Below, one piece after another: positions 45,473 to 56,216 of a stretch of 64,000 bases of DNA. Within the stretch, counting starts at the first letter, position 1. The number at the start of each line of letters is the position of its first letter. The position numbers and the translations under genes are program-made. Under the pieces are notes generated by a model, which ran no database searches, was not told the origin of the DNA, and saw nothing but the letters and a program-made list of their open reading frames with translations. This DNA is from Candidatus Merdinaster equi (GTDB taxonomy: Bacteria; Bacillota; Clostridia; Lachnospirales; Lachnospiraceae). The stretch spans positions 21,432 through 85,431 of the forward strand of contig JAGHUF010000004.1 in assembly GCA_018064935.1 (NCBI GenBank), given 5' to 3'.

Positions 45473-46573
45473 CTACTTATTCTTCTTTCGTCCCAAAATC
45501 ATCTCAATCAGAACACCTATGACAAATGATACAATCGTACTAATAAGAAGTTCCAGCCCCATGTTAGACCACAAATTTTGAATCTGACTTACATACTCAC
45601 TCCTGGTAATTCCATTTATTGCAGTTACGATTCTCTCATAGAAGAAGAATACAAGTGGATGAACCAGATATACCCAATAGGTTGCAGATGCAAGTCGGTT
45701 AAAATGAATCCTTCCTCTGATAAGCGTAGATGCCACAACTAATGAACATGCAGCAACAACAAAGAATGGATTAAGTGCTGAAAAATCCTGGACTATTGTA
45801 ATCTGAACATTGATTGTCAGAATGAATTTTATAAACGCCAGCGCAACCGCGATTGCAATAAATCCGACAACCTTGGCCGCCCTTCCTGCTTTTTCTTTTA
45901 TCCCTTTAGCCCACTCATGAAGTGTGTAACCAAACATAAACAGGCCCAGATAATTAATCACATTATCAAGTGTCCAATAAGCTCTTATACCAAAATTTGC
46001 ATTATCTGAATTCACAGAAACATATATAAGATTTCCTACAATGCCCCATATGAGAAGCACAATAGACACTTTTTTGAAGCCCTTTTCACCATAAAAATCT
46101 TTTATGCGGATAATAAATGGTGCCATTAGGTACAAAGCAATCAGCACAAACATGTACCACAGATGCGACATTGCTTCACCGCGAAGTGTATCCGGAATAA
46201 GATGAGACAGCTCATTCCACACTAATCCAACAGTTATCGGTACTCCAGCTGTAGTCACTCCTATTACCACTCTTTCCAGCAAAAATATGAGTGAGAATAC
46301 AATGGTAGGGATAACCAGTCTTCTAAATGTTTTTTTATAAAAACTCTTCCTGTCCTTCGTACTGTCAGCAGCAAATACAAATGCACCTGACAGAAGAATA
46401 AAAGCAGGAACTGCAAAGCTAAAAAGATTTCTGAAAAACACCAGCACCGATAATCCAAGCATATCTCCTGTCGCCATAACACTATTAATAAATACAGTCA
46501 CAACGTGAATATAGATTACACCTATGGCTGCAAAAATTCTAAGATTGTCCAGTCCGTATTCTCTTTCCTTCAT
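45473..46573 (-). CDS. acyltransferase family 3 membrane O-acyltransferase
   Basis: LDNLRIFAAIGVIYIHV N-terminal motif and about 10 TM helices. Start is set at MKEREYG (46573). Confidence 0.75.
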   Translation of the reverse strand: MKEREYGLDNLRIFAAIGVIYIHVVTVFINSVMATGDMLGLSVLVFFRNLFSFAVPAFILLSGAFVFAADSTKDRKSFYKKTFRRLVIPTIVFSLIFLLERVVIGVTTAGVPITVGLVWNELSHLIPDTLRGEAMSHLWYMFVLIALYLMAPFIIRIKDFYGEKGFKKVSIVLLIWGIVGNLIYVSVNSDNANFGIRAYWTLDNVINYLGLFMFGYTLHEWAKGIKEKAGRAAKVVGFIAIAVALAFIKFILTINVQITIVQDFSALNPFFVVAACSLVVASTLIRGRIHFNRLASATYWVYLVHPLVFFFYERIVTAINGITRSEYVSQIQNLWSNMGLELLISTIVSFVIGVLIEMILGRKKNK

Positions 46574-46652
46574 TTTATATCCGTGCCCTTTCATTGCTCT
46601 CAGACTTGGAACCACTTACACAAATCTGCAAAAACAAATTACTTAATTCACT

Positions 46653-48122
46653 CTATCTTCTAAAACATTTCTCATACAATGCAAACAGCTTCTCATCAAA
46701 TGTCTGCTCCACGAAGCCTTCTCCAGTTATTTCCAGATAATTTGTTTCCTTCGTCGGATTCCAGCCATGCTTCTCAAGCGCCTCACCCTTAGCATAGTCT
46801 ACCATCAACTGGTTCAGCTTCTCTCCAAGTGCTGTATCATCAGCTTTCCAGAAGTCCTTCCTCTTATCAGTAAAATAATTAAAGAAGTATGGAAGCTCAG
46901 ATGAATGGAACACCCCGTATGCACCATTCTCCGGTCCAGGCATCACATGCTTAAAATAATACACATATGTATTCTTGGCACCAGCCTGATTTCTGGCTTT
47001 TACATATAGTAGCATACAGGAAATGATATAGTCATTATTGATTCTGGGAATTAGTACTGCCTTATCTGTATTCTCTATGTCATATATATTCTCCGCCTCG
47101 TCATAATACTCCCCGAAGAAGTCTTTCAGATACTGAATTACATCCTCCTTCTTCTCTGTATTCTTATGATAAAAAGGCGAACAAATCAGCCAGTCTCCAG
47201 GAACTGCTCCAAATACAACCTCAGTGTCTTTATTTAGTCCTGCGTCCACCAGTTTATTAAACTGATTAGTTAGCAGATTCCCATCCACACGCATGGTATC
47301 AATCGGTGCTTTCTCAAGGAAATATTCTGAGGGTGCCTCAAGTATTTCATCCAGAGCCTTACCATCTGTCACATCCGCCCCCTGTACAAAAGCGTCCTCA
47401 AGCTCTTTCCAGCCATTCTCAGCAATTGTCCCTGCATAACTGTTATAGCTTAATGCGATTGCTCTCTTATATAATCCCTTAGCCTTTTCACAAACAGTCA
47501 GTGCATTTACTTCTCCTGCACCGGATGATTGTCCCATCAAGGTCACATTCGATGCATCGCCTCCAAACTTGGCGATATTATCCCTGATCCATTCCATCAC
47601 TGTCAGCGCATCAAACAGATTGTAATTACCGGAATTCGTATTGCCAGATACTTCATATATCTCTCTGGTTGAGAGCTGTGCAAGCGTTCCTACTCTGTGA
47701 TTAAAGCTTACAAATACAACACCCTTCCTAGCAAAAGAGGTTCCGTCATAAACCTCACAAGAAGAACTTCCGGATACAAATCTTCCGCCATGGAAATATA
47801 GAATAACCGGCTTATTGGTTTCTCCATCTTCCTTCACCCACACATTCAGTGTCAGACAATCCTCACTGTACGCATCCGATGAAGCAATGAATTCTTCTGT
47901 CCAGAACATGAACGGAGCCTGCTTTTCCTGAATCGCATTAGGACCAAACTCAGTGCAATCCTTCACACCATCCCAGTGCTTAACCTTTACTGTAGGCTTG
48001 AGACGAAGTTTACCAACGGGAGCTTCTCCATATGGAATACCCTTATAGACACTCACTCCGTTTTTCTCATCAGTGCATCCACGAATCTGTCCACTTGTTA
48101 ACTGTTTAATCTCTGAATACAT
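46653..48122 (-). CDS. type-B carboxylesterase family protein
   Basis: 489 aa. YKGIPYGEAPVGKLRLKP, LNVWV, ILYFHGGRFVSGS and the nucleophile elbow GQSSGAG. No signal peptide. Confidence 0.8.
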   Translation of the reverse strand: MYSEIKQLTSGQIRGCTDEKNGVSVYKGIPYGEAPVGKLRLKPTVKVKHWDGVKDCTEFGPNAIQEKQAPFMFWTEEFIASSDAYSEDCLTLNVWVKEDGETNKPVILYFHGGRFVSGSSSCEVYDGTSFARKGVVFVSFNHRVGTLAQLSTREIYEVSGNTNSGNYNLFDALTVMEWIRDNIAKFGGDASNVTLMGQSSGAGEVNALTVCEKAKGLYKRAIALSYNSYAGTIAENGWKELEDAFVQGADVTDGKALDEILEAPSEYFLEKAPIDTMRVDGNLLTNQFNKLVDAGLNKDTEVVFGAVPGDWLICSPFYHKNTEKKEDVIQYLKDFFGEYYDEAENIYDIENTDKAVLIPRINNDYIISCMLLYVKARNQAGAKNTYVYYFKHVMPGPENGAYGVFHSSELPYFFNYFTDKRKDFWKADDTALGEKLNQLMVDYAKGEALEKHGWNPTKETNYLEITGEGFVEQTFDEKLFALYEKCFRR

Positions 48123-48136
48123 TTCTATCCCTCTGA

Positions 48137-50200
48137 CTATTGCATCATCTTCTTCATCTGCGCTTCCTGATAATCTTTCATAGATGGAAGATGCTTGTCC
48201 TCTAAGAGTTTTCTTAAGAATGACGCAGAATTGTATTTCTCCATCTGCACCTCATCCCCCGGAGTTCTGAATTCGTGTGCATCATTGAACATTTCAAAAA
48301 CATATGCAGCCCTGTCTCCAAAACGTTCTTCAAAGAGCTGATATATTTCCTCACTTGCACGTACATTTTCTGCCCCCACTGCCCAATATGCAGCGCGCAG
48401 ATATCCGAATTCAATACCATCCTCCGCATACTGAATTGCCTTGCGACTTCTCGCTTTATCCTCTGCAAAAAAAGGAATGCGCGAAGTAATCTTCTTCATC
48501 TCCAGATCACATTCGAATTCTGCCACCAGAAGCTTGATTAGGAAATTAATATCCTTCTTACCCCTCGATACTGAAGAATCAACTATTCTGTAAACATATC
48601 CTGAGTTCGGAATCATGACATATTTTGCTCCACTGAACAGACAGCTGAATACAAAATGATGATCCTCAGCCATACGCATCATACCGAATTCAATCTTATT
48701 CTGAAGCAGGAATTCTCTGTTATACAGTTTATTCCACACAGCCCAGTGAATATGGTGCGCTGTCCAGGCCTCGAAACGCTTCTGCGGATCCTCATCTACA
48801 ACCATAATATCCTGCAATTTCTCATCCATATGATCCAGCGTTATATGTGCTATATGATCTGCAGGCACCTCAAGAAGGTTATCCGGCATATTCTCAGACA
48901 CAGCCATGAAGCAGCCTGTAGAATGTACAACATCCGCACCATACTGCTCTGCACATTCATATAATTCTCTCAGATAATCAGGAACATACTGGTCATCTGC
49001 ATCAAGGAAAGCAACATACTTGCCCCTTGCCAGAGCGATTCCAGAATTTCTTGCCTTACCAGGACCGCCATTCTGTTTCTGCCTGATTACTCTAACCCTC
49101 GGATCATTTGCATACTGCTTCTGGCACATTTCAAAGCAGCCATCCGTAGAGCAGTCATCTATAACCAAAACCTCAATTTCTTTCTTCGTCTGTCCAAGAA
49201 CACTTTCTATAGTATAGAGGATATATTCCTTTGCATTGTACATAGGAATGATGACTGAAACATCCGGTGCCGGATTCTTAACTCCTCGCAGTTCAAATAC
49301 CTTGCTCACCAGGTGGTTATTGCACAAGGCCTCAAAGATAGCATGCTGACCAACCTCATCAACAGCACCAAGAAGTCTCACATAATTAGCAATGTCCGTC
49401 TCACCAAGGAGAGACTGTGATGCGACAAATACCTTCATCATCAAGACTGCCTGTCTTGCATCACTCAGATAATCCGGCTTTACTTTTCCTATAACTTCCA
49501 GAATATGCTCACCAGATGCAACCACACTCTCCATTCCCTTTTTAATCTTATCAGTGGAAACAGACTTCTTCTGCGCTGACATTCCAATCCCGATATTATA
49601 GTGATAAATATACTCATTCAGCACGCCAACCTTATCACAATGTGAAAACAGAAGTGCAGCCATGAAGCTGTCTTCACCCATATTGCAATAGAAGCTCTCT
49701 GCGTCAGCTATAGCTCTTTTTACAACAGCTGTCTGGAAACAGTTCTTCCAGATAGCAGGTGGAATTTCCGTCTTTAGAATTGCGGTCAGAGTATTCTCAC
49801 AGGGCTGAGGCAGAACCTTCTCCCCCTGAGGCTCAATTACATATCCGAATCTGACTGCCTCAACATCATTCTCTGTCAGATAAGTGTGGAGCTTCTCAAG
49901 GCCGTCATTTTCAATATAATCATCGCTGTCCAGGAAAAAGGTATACTCACCTTCAGCCTTGTCCATTGCAGTAAATCTTGCAGCAAGAAGTGACTTATTA
50001 ACCCCATGCTCAATTACTTTTACTCTTTTATCTTTTTCAGCGAATTCTTTTAGAATTTTGAGAGAATCATCTGTTGACCCATCATCCACGATAATCACTT
50101 CAAAGTCGGAATATGTCTGCTCACTCAGGCAGCGTATGCATTCATCCATCAACCCTACCTGGTTATATACCGGTACAAGTACACTAAAAAAAGGTTTCAT
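48137..50200 (-). CDS. two-domain family 2 glycosyltransferase (GT2-GT2)
   Basis: 687 aa. FSVLVPVYNQ...IIVDDGSTDDS and VSVIIPMYNA...LVIDDCSTDG, each followed by DSDD / DADD (DxD). Confidence 0.8.
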   Translation of the reverse strand: MKPFFSVLVPVYNQVGLMDECIRCLSEQTYSDFEVIIVDDGSTDDSLKILKEFAEKDKRVKVIEHGVNKSLLAARFTAMDKAEGEYTFFLDSDDYIENDGLEKLHTYLTENDVEAVRFGYVIEPQGEKVLPQPCENTLTAILKTEIPPAIWKNCFQTAVVKRAIADAESFYCNMGEDSFMAALLFSHCDKVGVLNEYIYHYNIGIGMSAQKKSVSTDKIKKGMESVVASGEHILEVIGKVKPDYLSDARQAVLMMKVFVASQSLLGETDIANYVRLLGAVDEVGQHAIFEALCNNHLVSKVFELRGVKNPAPDVSVIIPMYNAKEYILYTIESVLGQTKKEIEVLVIDDCSTDGCFEMCQKQYANDPRVRVIRQKQNGGPGKARNSGIALARGKYVAFLDADDQYVPDYLRELYECAEQYGADVVHSTGCFMAVSENMPDNLLEVPADHIAHITLDHMDEKLQDIMVVDEDPQKRFEAWTAHHIHWAVWNKLYNREFLLQNKIEFGMMRMAEDHHFVFSCLFSGAKYVMIPNSGYVYRIVDSSVSRGKKDINFLIKLLVAEFECDLEMKKITSRIPFFAEDKARSRKAIQYAEDGIEFGYLRAAYWAVGAENVRASEEIYQLFEERFGDRAAYVFEMFNDAHEFRTPGDEVQMEKYNSASFLRKLLEDKHLPSMKDYQEAQMKKMMQ

Positions 50201-50214
50201 ATATCCTCCCTCAG

Positions 50215-51198
50215 TTAAGAAAAAATATTTTTATCAAAATGAATTCCTAATTGATCCATCATCTCATCCGTAATGCCATAAGCCATTCTTACAACATAAG
50301 GAATGAGCTTATAGCAGCCATATTGGTACACGGCCGGATTAACTCCATTATCAAATAATGAAATCAAAGTAACCACATCGCACATTGACTGTTTGCCAAC
50401 AACAGCCTGAAGCAGGATATATTTCTGCATGGTATCAATCTTGGTCTGAACCTTATCAAGGTTTTCAGGATCGTATTTAGAAATATATTTCACAAGCTGT
50501 CTTCCGCACTCAGTGGTGCTAGCGAGATTCCTCTTAAACTTCTCAATTGTCTGGTTTGTAACATTAGTACTCATTCCCTCACCCATGAGATAATTATGGA
50601 GTTTCTCATCCAGAGTTCCGAAGCTCTCTGCTATGCTGTAGAGTACTGTTCCCCAGAATACATCTTCACCCATGTTGCAGTAGAATGATTCTGTTCTATC
50701 AAGAGTTTTCTCTATTACACTCTTTGAATAGCAGTTCTTCCAAACAGTGGGTGTAATCTCTCCATTCAGGAGTGCACCATAAGGGTCCTCAGTCTTAACA
50801 GGCGGGAATTCCTCTGTCATATCTGTCCTTATTCCATAGTATCCAAATCTCACTATATCAACAGGATTTTCCATCAGATAATTATGGATTTTCTCACAGG
50901 TATAATCAAAATAATAATCATCACTGTCAAGAAATAGTATGTATTGCCCTTTAGCTTCCTTCATCGCTGTATATCTTGCTGCAGCAAGTGACTTGTTCTT
51001 CTCATGGCGAAGTATTCTAATTCTGCTATCTTCCTTGGCAAATCCCTCAAGCATCTTAAGCGATTCATCAGTTGACCCATCATCAACAATAATAATCTCC
51101 AAATCTCCGAAAGTCTGCTTTTTCAGCGATTCGATACACTGATCCATAAGTCCTACCTGGTTAAATACCGGAATTAACACGCTAAAATATGGTTGCAT
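50215..51198 (-). CDS. family 2 glycosyltransferase (paralogue of the first domain of the preceding gene)
   Basis: 327 aa. MQPYFSVLIPVFNQVGLMDQCIESL...IIVDDGSTDES...LDSDD. The N-terminus is nearly colinear with the 48137-50200 product. Confidence 0.85.
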   Translation of the reverse strand: MQPYFSVLIPVFNQVGLMDQCIESLKKQTFGDLEIIIVDDGSTDESLKMLEGFAKEDSRIRILRHEKNKSLAAARYTAMKEAKGQYILFLDSDDYYFDYTCEKIHNYLMENPVDIVRFGYYGIRTDMTEEFPPVKTEDPYGALLNGEITPTVWKNCYSKSVIEKTLDRTESFYCNMGEDVFWGTVLYSIAESFGTLDEKLHNYLMGEGMSTNVTNQTIEKFKRNLASTTECGRQLVKYISKYDPENLDKVQTKIDTMQKYILLQAVVGKQSMCDVVTLISLFDNGVNPAVYQYGCYKLIPYVVRMAYGITDEMMDQLGIHFDKNIFS

Positions 51199-51336
51199 AC
51201 ATATCTCCTATCTTTTGTCTTATATCTTATCTTTTATCTTATCTTTTATCCTATATTGTCTGGTGTTTCTGCTGTTATCCTCTATACAGCAATTTCCACC
51301 GCCGACATCCTCATACATTCAAATATATTTCTTCTC

Positions 51337-53103
51337 TCAGTTCTCAAACTGAGCATTATGAAGCTCACTATAGAAGCCCTTTTTCGCAAGCAGTTCACTA
51401 TGAGTTCCCTGTTCAACAATATCGCCATCCTTAAGCACAAGAATAACATCCGCATTTCTTATCGTGCTAAGTCTGTGTGCGATAACAAAACTGGTTCTTC
51501 CCTCCATGAGATTATCCATAGCCCTTTGTATCCTGTGCTCAGTCTGCGTATCCACAGAAGATGTTGCCTCGTCGAGAATCAAAATCGGTCTATTAGACAG
51601 AATAGCTCTTGCTATGGTTATCAGCTGCCTTTGTCCGGAAGAAATATTCTGTCCATCTTCGGAAAGCTCATAATCATAACCGCCCGGAAGTGTTGAGATA
51701 AAATAGTCAACCTCCGCAAGCTTTGCCGCTTCAATAACCTCTTCTCTAGTCGCATCAAGTCTTCCAAATCGGATATTTTCCAGTATGCTTCCCTTAAACA
51801 GCCAAGTTTCCTGAAGAACCATACCTATGCCTGAACGAAGAAGCCCCCTGTCAAGCTCTCGAATGTCCATACCATCAACCATAATTCTTCCAGAATCAAC
51901 ATCATAGAATCGCATCAGCAGTTTGATAATCGTACTCTTTCCTGCACCTGTCGGTCCAACAATCGCAACCTGCTTGCCCTCACATACTTCAAGACTGAAA
52001 TCATTTATGATTGTCTTCTCCGGGTTATAACCAAAAGAAATATCCTCAAAGGAAACCTTTCCATTTATCTCATGCTCGCGCACCAGATTATCTTTGACAA
52101 CTTCTTCCTCCTCATCAAGGAAAGAGAATACTCTCTTTGTAGCGGCAACAACCATCTGAATCTGCGTACTCATCTTTGCTGCATTCTGAACTGGCTGATT
52201 GAAATTGTTCACGTAATTAATGAACGCCTGTATACTACCAACAGAAAGATGTCCCTGAATAGCAAGCAACGCACCAACAATAACTACCGCAATATAGCCT
52301 ATGTTTCCTATCAGCATTGCAATTGGGTCAATCATTGAACCCATAAACTGAGATTTGCTATTTTCCTTGCATAGATGCTCATTACTCTTATCGAATTCAG
52401 CAATAACATCTTCCTCTCGGACATATGCCTTAAGCACCTGAAATCCAGAAATATCTTCCTCTATCTTGCCGTTTATTTCTCCTGTAAGAACCTGCTGCTC
52501 ATAGAATGCACGACCAGTTCTTTTTACAATTCCCTTCATTGAAAATATGCTTATCGGAAGAGTAAGAAGAACCACTCCTGCCATAATCAGATTGAGAGAC
52601 AGCATGATTGCAAGAATCGTCACAATAAGAACGACTGAATATATCAATCCAGACACAATAGTCTGGAGACCTGTTGCAATAACATCCACATCATTTGTTA
52701 CAGTGGACATGATATCGCCCAGTGCTCTTTTTTCATAATAGCCAACTGGAAGCCTTCCCATTTTGTTTGCGATTCTTATCCTCATGTTGCAGACAACATT
52801 GGCGGTAAAATCGCTCATCATATATTCCTGCACTATCTTGGCCAAGTAACCCACAATGTATAAAACGCACAGAATGATGATGACTCTGATGAGTGCAGGG
52901 GTATCTACACCGCCACGGGCAGCTTCTATATTAAGGGCACCCTCTACAATGATATTGAGGGCATCACCCAGAATAGCAGGGCCAATCGCAATGGAAAGCG
53001 CCTGTACTATAACCAGCAAAACCATGAATGCAAGCTTAATCACTCCGCCTTTTCCAGACAGCCTAAATATTCTTCTAAAAACACCTTTATTGTTACTATT
53101 CAT
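51337..53103 (-). CDS. ABC exporter, fused permease/ATPase
   Basis: 588 aa. Six-TM domain, Walker A GPTGAGKST, signature SSGQRQ and Walker B ILILDEATS. Confidence 0.9.
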   Translation of the reverse strand: MNSNNKGVFRRIFRLSGKGGVIKLAFMVLLVIVQALSIAIGPAILGDALNIIVEGALNIEAARGGVDTPALIRVIIILCVLYIVGYLAKIVQEYMMSDFTANVVCNMRIRIANKMGRLPVGYYEKRALGDIMSTVTNDVDVIATGLQTIVSGLIYSVVLIVTILAIMLSLNLIMAGVVLLTLPISIFSMKGIVKRTGRAFYEQQVLTGEINGKIEEDISGFQVLKAYVREEDVIAEFDKSNEHLCKENSKSQFMGSMIDPIAMLIGNIGYIAVVIVGALLAIQGHLSVGSIQAFINYVNNFNQPVQNAAKMSTQIQMVVAATKRVFSFLDEEEEVVKDNLVREHEINGKVSFEDISFGYNPEKTIINDFSLEVCEGKQVAIVGPTGAGKSTIIKLLMRFYDVDSGRIMVDGMDIRELDRGLLRSGIGMVLQETWLFKGSILENIRFGRLDATREEVIEAAKLAEVDYFISTLPGGYDYELSEDGQNISSGQRQLITIARAILSNRPILILDEATSSVDTQTEHRIQRAMDNLMEGRTSFVIAHRLSTIRNADVILVLKDGDIVEQGTHSELLAKKGFYSELHNAQFEN

Positions 53104-53179
53104 CGCTTACTCTAATCAACCTGCGTATAACTAACTTTCGTTCAATTAACTTTCATCCAATCAATTAACCTTCGTTCAA

Positions 53180-54949
53180 TTAACTTTCGTTATTGATCAT
53201 TTTCTCATATTCGTCTTCAGAAACCTGTGATTTAAGAATCTCTCGATAATACTCACAGCTTTTAAGAAGCTCACTACTTGTTCCCTGACCCACTATGATT
53301 CCGTTATGCATAACAATAATTCTGTCCGCATCTAATATACTGGTCACACGCTGTGCAACTATAAGTACTGTTGCATCTTTTGTCTTCTCCTTGAGTGCCT
53401 TTCTAAGCTTGGCATCAGTCTTGTAATCAAGCGCAGAGAAGCTGTCATCAAACAGATATATCTTGGGATTTTTCGCAATTGCTCTGGCTATAGACAATCG
53501 CTGCCTCTGACCTCCTGAAACATTCGTTCCTCCTCTGGCAATCGCGTAGCCATAGCCTTCTTCATTATCGTCAACAAACTCTTTTATCTGGGCAATTTCG
53601 GCAGCCTCACTAATGGCCTCATCAGAACAGTCCGTTCCAAAATCGATATTTGACTTTATATCCCCCGTAAATAAAACTGCTTTCTGCGTCACATAACCAA
53701 TCTGATTTCTCAGTTCATTTACCGGATATCTTCTGGCATCTATCCCACCAATGAGAATCTCTCCTTCATCCGGATCATATAATCTGGAAACAAGGTTCAT
53801 TATTGTTGACTTACCACATCCCGTATTACCTATGATAGCCGTTGTTTTACCACATTCCGCCGTAAAATCAATATTTTTAATGACATATCCGCCTTCTTCG
53901 TCATATTTGAATGATACGTTTTTAAATTCAATGCTCTGTCTCTCAGGTATACTCTCCTTAGGCAAATCTCCATCTGATACTGCTGGCTCGATATCCATTA
54001 TCTTCCTAATTCTTTTAAGCGATACAATCATTCTAATCATAGAAAACGCAGAGAGTCCAAACATGAGAACGCCCATGACTATCATAAACAGATATGAGGT
54101 GTAGGAAGAAATTACACCTACGTTAATCAGTCCTTCCTCAAGTCTCTTGGCACCCAGCCAGGTAGCTAGAAGGTTTACCAGATTGAGAACCAGATAAACC
54201 GAAGGTTCCATGACAATCATTTTTCTAGTAAATGAGATATTTATATCGCGGAACTCTTTACTAGCTTTGATGATACGCTCTTCATTCCATGTATCACGAT
54301 TGAAAGCTCTGATAACCTGTGTTCCAGTTAAGCCCTCTCTTGTCACGCTGTTTATTGCATCAATCTTGCCTTGATAACTGCCTGCAATCTTGAGAGTTCT
54401 CAGAACACAGACAAGAAGAATCACTATAACTAGTCCAGAGGCAAGGGCTACAGTCCATGACAATCCCGAACGGTTCGCCACCATGCTCGTGATTCCTCCG
54501 ATGACCAGAAATGGCACCTGGAGCGCCGTTGTACAGATGATAAAAACCACATTCTGAATCTGAACAATATCATTGGTACAAAGCGTAATAAGCGACGAAA
54601 CGGAGAGCGAATCTATCTCTTTCATTGAAAAGCTCATAATCTTTGTAAAGAGCTTTTTCCTAAGATCTCTTCCTGTTACAGCCGAAAGCTTTGATGCGAA
54701 GAAAATGGACATAATTCCCATTACGGAAATCATTGCACATATACCAAACATCTCCAAACCGATAACGCTGAGCACGGATCCTGCCGTTTCTGACGCATTG
54801 GGATCGGACGTGAATGCCATTACCTGATTTACAACTGTTCCAATAAAGCTTGTATTAATCAGGCGGAATACAATTCCCACAATCGTAAACAGGATAAGTG
54901 GAATGACATATTTTATATTTTTCTTGAAAACTTCCAATAACAATTTCAT
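53180..54949 (-). CDS. ABC exporter, fused permease/ATPase (probable heterodimer partner)
   Basis: 589 aa. Walker A GNTGCGKST, signature SGGQRQ and Walker B IYLFDDSFS. Confidence 0.9.
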   Translation of the reverse strand: MKLLLEVFKKNIKYVIPLILFTIVGIVFRLINTSFIGTVVNQVMAFTSDPNASETAGSVLSVIGLEMFGICAMISVMGIMSIFFASKLSAVTGRDLRKKLFTKIMSFSMKEIDSLSVSSLITLCTNDIVQIQNVVFIICTTALQVPFLVIGGITSMVANRSGLSWTVALASGLVIVILLVCVLRTLKIAGSYQGKIDAINSVTREGLTGTQVIRAFNRDTWNEERIIKASKEFRDINISFTRKMIVMEPSVYLVLNLVNLLATWLGAKRLEEGLINVGVISSYTSYLFMIVMGVLMFGLSAFSMIRMIVSLKRIRKIMDIEPAVSDGDLPKESIPERQSIEFKNVSFKYDEEGGYVIKNIDFTAECGKTTAIIGNTGCGKSTIMNLVSRLYDPDEGEILIGGIDARRYPVNELRNQIGYVTQKAVLFTGDIKSNIDFGTDCSDEAISEAAEIAQIKEFVDDNEEGYGYAIARGGTNVSGGQRQRLSIARAIAKNPKIYLFDDSFSALDYKTDAKLRKALKEKTKDATVLIVAQRVTSILDADRIIVMHNGIIVGQGTSSELLKSCEYYREILKSQVSEDEYEKMINNES

Positions 54950-54983
54950 TTTCTACTAATTTTATCGTAGCCCTTTACTACAA

Positions 54984-56201
54984 TTAATTCTGCTGTATTC
55001 CCTGTTGCTTCATCTTCTTCTTTTTTGCGCTTCTCTTCATAAGATAATTGCATAGCATACCCGTTGCAATTGAGAGAATGAATTCAATAGCAGTAGATAC
55101 CCACAAAACCACTCCGGTGTTCTCAATACGAAGAATTTCTGTCAAATCAGACCAGCCGAGAGTAAAAATGTAATGTGTCAGATATGTATATGCACTGATG
55201 TCTCCAAGATACACGAACAGCTTATTTCCTAAAATTTTGGTAACATATCCCCTGTTCATTATGAATACAAAAACAAACCAGAGTGAAACCAGTGCAAAGC
55301 CAAAAGTTCCGAAGAATGCGAGCGACTCAAATCCGGGAACATTAACCGGATTAAGAAGACCTATAGTAATTCCAACAAATGCAAGGAAAGGACCGATTTC
55401 AAACAGTGTCCACAGAAGCTTTTTACTTGTGGTCAATTCTGCATTACCCGCTCCATCAGGCTGCTTATTTCTCCAATCAAGATAAAGCTTTCCGAAGATA
55501 CAGCCAATAAGGAATACCGGAATCTGCAAAAGAGGACAATGCAGCATTACATAATGGCTTATCTGTGCGGTTTCAGTTGGATCATATACATTAGCAAAAT
55601 AGGAAGCTATATACAGGATGATGAGCGAAACTGCACCAATAGTAATGAGAATCTTCTTACTGTTTATCTTCTTTACCAGTTTGCATATCCATGGGAAGAC
55701 AAAATACAAAAATACTGTCACAGACAGATACCACGAAGGACCATTAAACATGAAGTTAACTGTCTCATCAGGAACCCATGCATGCAGCAGTCCCATGTGG
55801 AGGAAGAAATATGGAAGCCTCTGTAAAATGATTGAACCTGTCAGTCCAAATGCAGGTCCATCGAAAATATCAGGCATCCACTGCTGTGCCATATAAATAA
55901 AATAAAAAACCAGAATAACATACTGAATTACTGTTGTAATCGCATGGAGTGGGTACATTTTCTTCATCTTGCCCACTGCAAACTTAAAATTCTTAATTGG
56001 TCCGGCCTGCAATTCTCTGTTTGAATATGCATAGGTCAGCATAAATCCACTCAGGATAATAAATACCTGTAGGATAATTGCTGCAGAAGGCAAATCAAGG
56101 CATCCTGCATGCACACCAAAAACGATTAGAAAACACAAAAAACGTAGTGACTGAACCGCATCAAAGCGACTGGCCTTTGAAGCCGCATTAGTTGTTCCCA
56201 T
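54984..56201 (-). CDS. acyltransferase family 3 membrane O-acyltransferase
   Basis: 405 aa. FDAVQSLRFLCFLIVFGVHAG motif; polytopic membrane protein. Confidence 0.75.
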   Translation of the reverse strand: MGTTNAASKASRFDAVQSLRFLCFLIVFGVHAGCLDLPSAAIILQVFIILSGFMLTYAYSNRELQAGPIKNFKFAVGKMKKMYPLHAITTVIQYVILVFYFIYMAQQWMPDIFDGPAFGLTGSIILQRLPYFFLHMGLLHAWVPDETVNFMFNGPSWYLSVTVFLYFVFPWICKLVKKINSKKILITIGAVSLIILYIASYFANVYDPTETAQISHYVMLHCPLLQIPVFLIGCIFGKLYLDWRNKQPDGAGNAELTTSKKLLWTLFEIGPFLAFVGITIGLLNPVNVPGFESLAFFGTFGFALVSLWFVFVFIMNRGYVTKILGNKLFVYLGDISAYTYLTHYIFTLGWSDLTEILRIENTGVVLWVSTAIEFILSIATGMLCNYLMKRSAKKKKMKQQGIQQN

Positions 56202-56216
56202 TAGATTATCTCCTTA

